From an uncultured Clostridia bacterium (GTDB lineage: Bacteria; Bacillota; Clostridia; Lachnospirales; CAG-274), in assembly GCA_947632615.1 (NCBI GenBank), contig CANRPW010000006.1, positions 11,826 through 75,825 of the forward strand: a stretch of 64,000 bases of DNA, given 5' to 3'. The first letter of the stretch is position 1. Each line of letters opens with the position of its first letter. The position numbers and the translations under genes were made by a program. Positions 56,688 to 64,000 of the stretch are shown piece by piece. The notes below the pieces were generated by a model, which had not been told where the DNA came from, ran no database searches, and was given only the letters and a program-made list of their open reading frames with translations.

Positions 56688-58271
56688 ATGGGAGTTAGTA
56701 CGGAAGAAATAAATAAAAGAAGAATATTTGGCATAATTTCTCACCCCGATGCAGGCAAGACCACCCTTACAGAAAAGCTTTTGCTTCACGGCGGCGCCAT
56801 AAGACAGGCGGGCACTGTAAAGGCTAAGAAAAATTCAAAATATGCCACCTCCGACTGGATGGAAATAGAAAAGCAGAGAGGAATTTCCGTAACCTCATCT
56901 GTTATGCAGTTTGAATATGAGGATAAAATAGTATCTATAATGGACACCCCGGGTCATAACGACTTCGGTGAAGACACCTACAGAATACTCACCTCCGTAG
57001 ACTCGGCAGTCATGGTAATTGATGCCGCAAAGGGGGTTGAGGCTCAGACAAAAAAGCTTTTCAAGGTTTGCGCCATGAGAGGCATACCCGTTTTTACATT
57101 TATAAACAAGCTCGACAGAGAGGGCAACGACCCCTTAGAGCTTATGGAGGAGCTTGAAAACGCCTTAGGGCTTCCTTCCGTTGCCGTTACCTTCCCCATA
57201 GGCAGCGGCAAGACCTTTGAGGGGGTTTATGACAGGCTCAAGGGCGAGGTACACCTTTACAGAACAGGAGAGACCGTAAAGCTTTCGGAGGAGGGCGTAA
57301 ACGACCCCACATTGGAAAAGCTTATAACCGGCGGCAATCTTGAAATACTCCGTGAGGAAATAGAGCTTCTTGACGGAGCCGGCAACGAATTTGACAGAGA
57401 GCTTATAGACAGCGGAGAGCTTTCTCCCGTATTTTTCGGCACGGCTCTTGCAGACTTCGGCGTGGTAGAATTTTTGGAGCACTTTTTGGATATGTCCCCC
57501 GCGCCGGGAGCAAGAAAGACCACCGACGGCGAGGTTCTTCCCACCGACGACTTTTTCAGCGGCTTTATATTTAAGATACAGGCAAATATGAACCCCGCTC
57601 ACAGAGATAGACTTGCCTTCCTCAGAATATGCTCCGGGGAGTTTGAAAAGGGAATGACCGTCACCCTCTCCCGTACAGGCAAGCCCATGAAGCTCAATCA
57701 GTCTACACAGCTTATGGCTAACGAGAGAGAAAATGTTGAAAATGCCGTAGCAGGTGATGTTATAGGCATATACGACTCGGGCAATTATCAGATAGGCGAT
57801 ACCCTCACCACCGGCAGAGAAAAGCTGTTTTTCGAGCCTTTGCCCACCTTTCCCCCTGAGCTTTTTGCAAGGGTAGTGCCTGTAAACAGTATGAAGGCAA
57901 AGCATTTTCAAAAGGGCGTAGAGCAGCTTGCTCAGGAGGGCGCCGTTCAGGTATACAGAAATGAATTTAACGAGGTAATACTTGGGGCTGTAGGTCAGCT
58001 TCAGTTTGAGGTTTTTGAATACAGACTCAAAAACGAATATAACTGCGAGGTAAAAATTGAGCCTATGAGCTACACCGTGGCAAGATGGCTCGAAAGTGAT
58101 GATATTGACAAGGTGAGAGATTATGTAAACTCCCGCATCAGCTTTGTCTTTGACAGCTATCAGCGACCTGTTATGCTTTTTGCAAACAACTATACTTTAA
58201 ACTCCTTTATAGACAAACACGAGGACGTAAAGCTCCTTGAGGCTATGGAGGTAAAAAATCAACAAGGGTGA
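56688..58271 (+). CDS. prfC: Peptide chain release factor 3
   Basis: [30 protein letters not shown] and NKLD GTPase motifs. About 527 aa. ATG 56688 follows AAAGGAAAG. Confidence 0.92.
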   Translation: MGVSTEEINKRRIFGIISHPDAGKTTLTEKLLLHGGAIRQAGTVKAKKNSKYATSDWMEIEKQRGISVTSSVMQFEYEDKIVSIMDTPGHNDFGEDTYRILTSVDSAVMVIDAAKGVEAQTKKLFKVCAMRGIPVFTFINKLDREGNDPLELMEELENALGLPSVAVTFPIGSGKTFEGVYDRLKGEVHLYRTGETVKLSEEGVNDPTLEKLITGGNLEILREEIELLDGAGNEFDRELIDSGELSPVFFGTALADFGVVEFLEHFLDMSPAPGARKTTDGEVLPTDDFFSGFIFKIQANMNPAHRDRLAFLRICSGEFEKGMTVTLSRTGKPMKLNQSTQLMANERENVENAVAGDVIGIYDSGNYQIGDTLTTGREKLFFEPLPTFPPELFARVVPVNSMKAKHFQKGVEQLAQEGAVQVYRNEFNEVILGAVGQLQFEVFEYRLKNEYNCEVKIEPMSYTVARWLESDDIDKVRDYVNSRISFVFDSYQRPVMLFANNYTLNSFIDKHEDVKLLEAMEVKNQQG

Positions 58272-58275
58272 AAAT

Positions 58276-59187
58276 ATGAAGGCGATAATTAAAGAAGGAC
58301 TCCTCTTCTGGTATATTGTAGGAAGAAAATTTTTAGAAAACGAATTGTTTTATATGGCAAATGCTCTCACATATAGAATGATAATGGCTTTTTTTCCTTT
58401 TCTTGTGGTTCTTCTTTCATTGTTTGGGCTTATCAACCTTGACTCATCTGTGGTTTTTGCCACTATGCTTGAAAATATGCTAAAGCCCTTGCCTGCTGTT
58501 TTTGTAAATCTGGTGCACAACTTTATATCAAATGCCGCCATAAGCGGAACATTGTTTTCCGTCAGCCTTTTGTACGGCATATGGAGCTCCACCTTGGGCT
58601 TTCACTCTATCATAAACGGTATGAATAGATGTACGGAGACCAAAGAAACAAGAGGCTTTGTCACACTGTGGCTTTTAAGCTTTGTACTTGTTTTTATATT
58701 TATAGCCTACATTGTGCTTTGCCTTATTTTCGTCATTTTCGACGACAGGCTTATAAGCTTTATGATGGGTTTTCCTGTGCTTGTTCCTGTGGCAATGACC
58801 CTTAAAAGCCTGCCCCTTAATATATTTGCATTTTTACTTACAGGCGCACTTGTTATCATATTTTACAAATTTACGGCTGCAAGGCGCTTTAAATTAAAAA
58901 TGCTGCTTCCCGGGGCTATATTTACAATAGCAGCATGGATAATACTCTCCGTGGCATTCAGTATTTACACAAAGCTCAACACAAACGCCTTTATACTATA
59001 CGGCAGCATAGCAGGCATATTCATAACCATATATTGGGTAAACCTTCTGGCAATGACACTGCTTTGCGGCGCACAGATAAACGGTGTACTTATGAGCTAT
59101 AAAAGATATAGAAAATATTATGCTTTTCATATAAAACAAGACTTAAGGCGTGCAAGGGGGAAGTTGAATGAAAAAAAGAAAGATTGA
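58276..59187 (+). CDS. YihY/BrkB-family membrane protein
   Basis: 303 aa with 6 TM segments. MANALTYRMIMAFFPFLVVLLSLFG corresponds to the conserved first helix of the YihY family. Confidence 0.7.
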   Translation: MKAIIKEGLLFWYIVGRKFLENELFYMANALTYRMIMAFFPFLVVLLSLFGLINLDSSVVFATMLENMLKPLPAVFVNLVHNFISNAAISGTLFSVSLLYGIWSSTLGFHSIINGMNRCTETKETRGFVTLWLLSFVLVFIFIAYIVLCLIFVIFDDRLISFMMGFPVLVPVAMTLKSLPLNIFAFLLTGALVIIFYKFTAARRFKLKMLLPGAIFTIAAWIILSVAFSIYTKLNTNAFILYGSIAGIFITIYWVNLLAMTLLCGAQINGVLMSYKRYRKYYAFHIKQDLRRARGKLNEKKKD

Positions 59188-60115
59188 ATTATTTATTATG
59201 ATCCTTGCCATACTTACGGCAGTGGCACAGGTGATATACTCAGTATGCTATGCCTACAGCATAAGATATAGCCAATATGGCGGGGTGGGGCTGTTTATAG
59301 CTCTGCTTGCCTTTGAATTTCTGATCGTTCTTCTTTATGCCATATTCACTGTAAGAGGTGTCATAAAAGGCTCGGCGCAGTTTGTGCTTTCACTTAAAGA
59401 CGGAGGCGCAGTCAAGGTCACTTCAAGCGCATTTGACGAGCTTTCCCACAGCATTTCCACAGTGTCGGCTCATTTTGAGGCTCTTGACAAAAAAAATGAG
59501 CTTAAAAAAGAACTGCTCATAAACTGCATTAAGCTCTCCGACAGGGCAGAGCTTATAAAGGCAGCAATGCCCCTTTTATTAGACATTACAAAGGCAAACG
59601 CCTGCTGTTATTATTTAGTTAATAACGGCACAAACAAGCTTGAAACATTAGACTCCTGCGGCTTTAGCACAAAGCTTTACAGAGAGCTTGACATAAGCAT
59701 AGGCGAGGGCTTTGAAGGCGTGTGCTGCAAAACAGGCAAGACCCGTATGTCAACGGTAGACGACGAGGGCTTATATTCTTCAACAGAGTCTAATATAAGC
59801 AAAAAATATAAAAACTTAATGGCAGTGCCTGTAATGAGCGCTGAAAGCTGTGTAGGGGTGCTCACCCTTGCATATATAGGCGAAATACTTGACGAAAATG
59901 TTTCCGATGCTGAAGAAATAGCTACATATTTTGCGGCAGCCCACGAGAAAGACACAAGGTTTGAATATTATGCAAGACAGGCAGATGAAATAAAGCTTCA
60001 CTATAACATTATAAGAGATATCACCTCAGAGGTAAAAAAGAAGGACGAAGAAATAGCTCTGCTTAAAGCCGAATTAGGTGAATTAAAAAAGACACGTCAT
60101 GATGATCAAACTTGA
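59168..60115 (+). CDS. Membrane-anchored GAF-domain protein with C-terminal coiled coil
   Basis: Two N-terminal TM helices. The central region (...ANACCYYLVNN...IGEGFEGVC...LMAVPVMS..CVGVLTLAY) is GAF-like. The assignment is from recall. Confidence 0.5.
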   Translation: MKKRKIELFIMILAILTAVAQVIYSVCYAYSIRYSQYGGVGLFIALLAFEFLIVLLYAIFTVRGVIKGSAQFVLSLKDGGAVKVTSSAFDELSHSISTVSAHFEALDKKNELKKELLINCIKLSDRAELIKAAMPLLLDITKANACCYYLVNNGTNKLETLDSCGFSTKLYRELDISIGEGFEGVCCKTGKTRMSTVDDEGLYSSTESNISKKYKNLMAVPVMSAESCVGVLTLAYIGEILDENVSDAEEIATYFAAAHEKDTRFEYYARQADEIKLHYNIIRDITSEVKKKDEEIALLKAELGELKKTRHDDQT

Positions 60116-61481
60116 AAAAGACTCCGAACTCCCCATATACAGACAGATAGCAAACAGCATAACCAAAGACATAGAGGCGGGCATTTTGCCCCAAGGCGCA
60201 GCCCTTCCCCCTATCCGCAAACTTGCAGACAGCCTGTCTGTTGGCAGAGAAACGGTTGTGCGCGCCTACAAACATCTTGAAAGCAAACGCCTTGTCTACA
60301 CCATAGGCGGCAGCGGCACTTATGTGGCAGAGATAGTACACAGAGAAAACGAGCTTTTCAAAAAATTCAGCGACCCCGCAGAAGAAAAACGCCCCGCCGT
60401 TGACATAGACTTCACATCCTCAAATATAAGCAAGGAGCTTTTTCCCTTAAAGGAGTTTAAAAAAGCCGTTGACAATGTGCTTGACAAGGGCGGAGCAGAC
60501 ATATTCGGCTATGAAGACCCCCGTGGCATTTACGGGCTGAGAAGGCTTATAGCCGATAAGCATGGCCGCCCTGCAGACAGAATACAGATAATTTCAGGGG
60601 CACAGCAGGGGCTTGACATTATTGCAAAGGCAGTCCTCTCCTACGGCGACTATGTATTCACCGAAAAGCCCACCTACACAGGTGCGGCGGAAGCCTTTGC
60701 CCTGAGGGGCGCAAATGTTATAGGCGTAGAACTTAAGAGCGACGGCATAGACATAGAAAAGCTGGAAAAGCTGATAAAACTGTATAAACCGAAGCTGGTC
60801 TATGTAATGACATATTTTCAGACCCCTACCACCGTCAGCTATAGCATAGAAAAAAAGCGAAGCCTTTTAGACTTAAGCTATAAATATGACTTTTATATTA
60901 TAGAGGAAGACAACTTAGGCGACTTTAATTACTCCGAAAAAGAGCTTTTAAGCCTTAAAGCCCTTGACTATAAAAACAGGGTGATATATATAAAAAGCTT
61001 TTCAAAAATACTTATGCCCGGGCTAAGGCTTGGCTATATGATAATGCCAAAGGCAATATCAGAGGCGGTGCTGCTTGCAAAATACTCCGCCGATATGGGC
61101 ACTTCGGGCTTTATACAATATGCCTTTGAAAGCTATTTAAAAAGCGGAGGGCTTAAAAGGCATACGGCAAAAACAAGAAAATATTACGCAGAAAAATATA
61201 AGCTTGCAAAGGAGCTTATTAAAAGCGGCATAGGCAAATATGTATATATGAGCGAGCCAAAGGGCGGGCTTCATTTTTGGCTAAGGCTGAAGGAAGGAAA
61301 CGCCTCGGAACTTGCAAAAAGGCTTCTTGCCCGGGGCATACTTATAGATGAGGGAAAAAACTACGCATTTAACGAGGATGATGCCTCATCATTTCGCATA
61401 AGCTTTGCGGATATTTCAGATAACAAGTTTAGTGAGGGTATTGAAAAAATAAAATATTCACTACAAAATTTAAAGGAGTGA
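60099..61481 (+). CDS. MocR/PdxR-type regulator (GntR wHTH fused to a fold-type I aminotransferase domain)
   Basis: N-terminal LPPIRKLADSLSVGRETVVRAYKHLE (GntR HTH). The C-terminal aminotransferase domain has SFSKILMPGLRLGY (PLP Lys). Confidence 0.85.
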   Translation: MMIKLEKDSELPIYRQIANSITKDIEAGILPQGAALPPIRKLADSLSVGRETVVRAYKHLESKRLVYTIGGSGTYVAEIVHRENELFKKFSDPAEEKRPAVDIDFTSSNISKELFPLKEFKKAVDNVLDKGGADIFGYEDPRGIYGLRRLIADKHGRPADRIQIISGAQQGLDIIAKAVLSYGDYVFTEKPTYTGAAEAFALRGANVIGVELKSDGIDIEKLEKLIKLYKPKLVYVMTYFQTPTTVSYSIEKKRSLLDLSYKYDFYIIEEDNLGDFNYSEKELLSLKALDYKNRVIYIKSFSKILMPGLRLGYMIMPKAISEAVLLAKYSADMGTSGFIQYAFESYLKSGGLKRHTAKTRKYYAEKYKLAKELIKSGIGKYVYMSEPKGGLHFWLRLKEGNASELAKRLLARGILIDEGKNYAFNEDDASSFRISFADISDNKFSEGIEKIKYSLQNLKE

Positions 61482-61487
61482 CACAAC

Positions 61488-62111
61488 ATGAAAAAATTTT
61501 TATTTACAACTGCCATTTGCCTTACAGCCTGCGCAGTGCTGTCGGGCTGCGGCAAAAAAGGTCCTGCTTCAGGTACAGACGGCTCTGCCGACACCAATGT
61601 TTCCGAAACCATGGCGCCCGATATAGCAGACTCCGTAAGCGAGAAGGAGGCAAAGCAAATTGCCTTTGAGGATGCAGGCGTTGACGAAGCAGATGTTTCC
61701 GACCTTACCATAGAGAAGGATATGGAGACATTCGGCGAGGTATATGACATTGAGTTTTATGCCAATGGAGCAGAATATGACTACGAAATAAAGGCAAACT
61801 CAGGTGAAATAAACTCAGTAGACCGTGATGCAGAGCGTATTACAGGTAAAACCCCTCAGGGCGCCGCTCCCGCTGCCAATCAGAACGCACAGGACAACGA
61901 TACAGGCATAAGCTCTGATGAAGCAAAGGTAATAGCCTTAGATCAGGCAGGCATAGCCGAAAGCGATACACAGGGACTTCATGTAAAGCAAGACTACGAC
62001 GACGGCGTAAGAACCTATGACGTAGAGTTTTACGCAGGGGGAGTAGAATACTCCTACGAAATAAGCGCCGACGACGGCACCGTATTAGAAAGCGACATAG
62101 ACAGAGATTAA
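61488..62111 (+). CDS. Lipoprotein with two PepSY domains
   Basis: Lipobox LSGC. Two repeats of ..EAK.IA...AG..E.D......K.D.....YD(V/I)EFYA.G.EY.YEI.A..G. Confidence 0.8.
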   Translation: MKKFLFTTAICLTACAVLSGCGKKGPASGTDGSADTNVSETMAPDIADSVSEKEAKQIAFEDAGVDEADVSDLTIEKDMETFGEVYDIEFYANGAEYDYEIKANSGEINSVDRDAERITGKTPQGAAPAANQNAQDNDTGISSDEAKVIALDQAGIAESDTQGLHVKQDYDDGVRTYDVEFYAGGVEYSYEISADDGTVLESDIDRD

Positions 62112-62158
62112 ATAAAAAGAGGCTGTCACATCAAAATGATGTGACAGCCTTTTATTTG
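62112..62158. terminator. Bidirectional intrinsic terminator
   Basis: 14-bp perfect stem aggctgtcacatca / tgatgtgacagcct with loop aaa. An A-run lies upstream and tttatttg downstream. It sits between convergent genes. Confidence 0.8.
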
Positions 62159-62159
62159 C

Positions 62160-62768
62160 TTAAAATATAGTAAAGGTTTCTTCTGCGGTTTCGCAGTTGG
62201 AAACATTGTTTTCGTCATAAATCTGTCCCACAACAACATACACCTTGTCTTTAGTGCATATAGATCTTGAAACCGAATAAAATTCGGAAACATCTCCCTC
62301 GCTTGTGGGGATCTTGAATTTAATGGTATAAGAATATATCTTAGCGCCCTCTTCTTCTGTACTGTTGAAGTTTAAAATTTCAAGCTGGTCGCTTGGTATG
62401 TTAGCGTCATTTAATATTTTTATAATGTCACTTTCCTTTTTAGGAACGTTTTTATATGTACTTCCGTCGTCATCGGCATAATATATGTTTATGTAGTTTT
62501 TTCCGTCAGAGAAACCCACACAGCCGTCCTCCTCGGATGTTTTTTCCCAAGAAGAGTCCGGAAGCAGCATATATATGCCCTCGTCTTCAAGTACAAACTC
62601 CGACCCTTGGGGATTAAGCGAAATTCCGGCGTTTCTTGCTGCCTCAAGTCCCGATTTTTCGCTGTTTTCAGTGTTTTCCTGCGGGGCTTCTTCTGCCATT
62701 TTGCCTCCGCAGCCTATCATTGTAAACAATATTAAAGCCAAAACCAAAGTCTTTATATATCTGACCAT
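62160..62768 (-). CDS. Hypothetical lipoprotein (202 aa)
   Basis: Signal peptide plus lipobox MIGCGG. I recognise no domain. Confidence 0.55.
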   Translation of the reverse strand: MVRYIKTLVLALILFTMIGCGGKMAEEAPQENTENSEKSGLEAARNAGISLNPQGSEFVLEDEGIYMLLPDSSWEKTSEEDGCVGFSDGKNYINIYYADDDGSTYKNVPKKESDIIKILNDANIPSDQLEILNFNSTEEEGAKIYSYTIKFKIPTSEGDVSEFYSVSRSICTKDKVYVVVGQIYDENNVSNCETAEETFTIF

Positions 62769-62795
62769 AACATCTCCTCATAAGTACAACAGAAT

Positions 62796-64000
62796 TTAAG
62801 CGTAATCTATAGCTCGTGTTTCTCTTATAAGATTTACCTTTATTTTTCCCGGGTACTCAAGCTCGGCATGTATTTTTTCGGCAATTTCTCTTGCCATTAT
62901 CTTCATACCGTCCTCGTCTACTATTTCGGGAATTATCATAATTCGCAATTCACGTCCTGCCTGAATTGCGAAGGATTTTTCTACTCCTTCAAATGATGCC
63001 GCAATGTTTTCCAGCGCTTCAAGACGTTTAATGTAAGACTCAAGGGTCTCACGTCTTGCGCCCGGTCTTGCTGCTGAAATTGCATCAGCCGCCTGAACCA
63101 ATACGGCAACTATGCTTTCGGGCTCTACATCTCCGTGGTGAGCCTCTACTGCATTTATTACTACAGGTGATTCGTGATATTTACGGCAAAGCGCAACGCC
63201 AAGCTCTATATGAGAGCCGTCCACATCGTGGTCGATAGCTTTACCTATGTCGTGGAGAAGTCCCGCTCTTTTTGCCATTGTAGTGTCAAGACCAAGCTCC
63301 GCGGCCATTATTCCGCACAAATGCGATACCTCGATGGAGTGCTTAAGCACATTCTGACCATAGCTTGTTCTGAACTTGAGCTTACCAAGCAGCCTTACAA
63401 GCTCGGGGTGAAGATTGTGTACGCCCGCCTCAAAGGTAGCGCTTTCTCCCTCTTCTCTGATGTTCTGTTCAACCTCTTTTTTAGCCTTTTCAACCATTTC
63501 TTCGATCCTGGCAGGGTGAACTCTTCCATCAATTATAAGTCTTTCAAGAGCTATTCTGGCGACCTCTCGCCTCATAGCATCGAAGCCGGAAAGTATAACA
63601 GCTTCGGGTGTATCGTCAATAATAAATTCGATACCCGTAAGTGATTCGAGAGTCCTTATGTTACGACCCTCTCGTCCTATAATTCTGCCCTTCATTTCAT
63701 CACTGGGCAGAGTAACGACAGACACCGTGCTTTCAGCAACATGATCCACGGCACAGCGTTGAATTGCATTGGCAACGATCTCTCTTGCCTTTTTGTCGCA
63801 GTCCTGCTTGATCTGAGCATCATATTCCTTGATAAGAACAGCCTTTTCGTGCTTAAGATCGTCTTCAAGGGACGACAGCATAAGCTCTCTGGCCTGTTCG
63901 GATGTAAGCCCTGCAATACGTTCAAGCTCCTCCTTACGAGCAATTAAAAGCTCTTCGGCAGCTTTGAGTTTTTTGTCAACATTTTCAAGCCTTTTAGTAA
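62796..64000 (-). CDS. rny: Ribonuclease Y, 3' portion (N-terminus beyond window end)
   Basis: KH domain ([15 protein letters not shown]) and HD domain (HSIEVSHL...GLLHDIGK). The frame remains open upstream of Met 63881 to the window edge. Confidence 0.92.
   Translation of the reverse strand, partial: TKRLENVDKKLKAAEELLIARKEELERIAGLTSEQARELMLSSLEDDLKHEKAVLIKEYDAQIKQDCDKKAREIVANAIQRCAVDHVAESTVSVVTLPSDEMKGRIIGREGRNIRTLESLTGIEFIIDDTPEAVILSGFDAMRREVARIALERLIIDGRVHPARIEEMVEKAKKEVEQNIREEGESATFEAGVHNLHPELVRLLGKLKFRTSYGQNVLKHSIEVSHLCGIMAAELGLDTTMAKRAGLLHDIGKAIDHDVDGSHIELGVALCRKYHESPVVINAVEAHHGDVEPESIVAVLVQAADAISAARPGARRETLESYIKRLEALENIAASFEGVEKSFAIQAGRELRIMIIPEIVDEDGMKIMAREIAEKIHAELEYPGKIKVNLIRETRAIDYA

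Overview
This is a chromosomal segment of a low to moderate G+C, spore-forming Firmicute, probably Clostridia-like. Supporting signs are gerW/ytfJ and ytfI-like genes, addB, a class-3 FBPase, strong AGGAGG ribosome-binding sites and ATA/AAA-rich codons. Most of the window is housekeeping: proB-proA, mgtE, fbp, tRNA-Arg, purF-purB-purA, xylB, ychF, prmA-rsmE-iscS-thiI-addB, rnhB-yraN-pgeF-der-plsY-gpsA, guaA, panBC-panD, prfC and rny. Secreted or glycan-related genes are interspersed: GH28, GH43, three stalk-domain (copper-amine-oxidase-N-like) proteins and an S8 protease.

Two things are not ordinary.

(1) Eight intergenic blocks sit directly after stop codons: 3036-3197, 8225-8458, 15364-15706, 20176-20329, 32709-33180, 38076-38185, 41206-41347 and 53196-53372. 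Each consists almost entirely of abutting, G+C-rich, perfect or near-perfect hairpins with stems of 13-44 bp and mostly 3-nt loops, about 30 hairpins in total. The hairpins fall into recognisably homologous classes. Every arm difference between copies is matched on the partner arm. I do not recognise this as a described repeat family, and it is the strongest candidate for something new.

(2) A visibly A+T-rich degraded mobile-element remnant lies downstream of guaA (about 46.66-49.3 kb). It carries a cytoplasmic trypsin-like protease coupled to a 61-aa ORF, an IS481-like transposase fragment, two paralogous roughly 30-aa hydrophobic peptides and an Xis-like HTH.

Smaller oddities:
- a motif-degenerate beta-class DNA methyltransferase homologue
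- a tRNA-Arg followed by a decayed copy of its own 3' half
- an S66 peptidase translationally coupled inside the pan operon
- addB with no adjacent addA

All calls come from reading the sequence and ORF track and from remembered family motifs. No searches were run.
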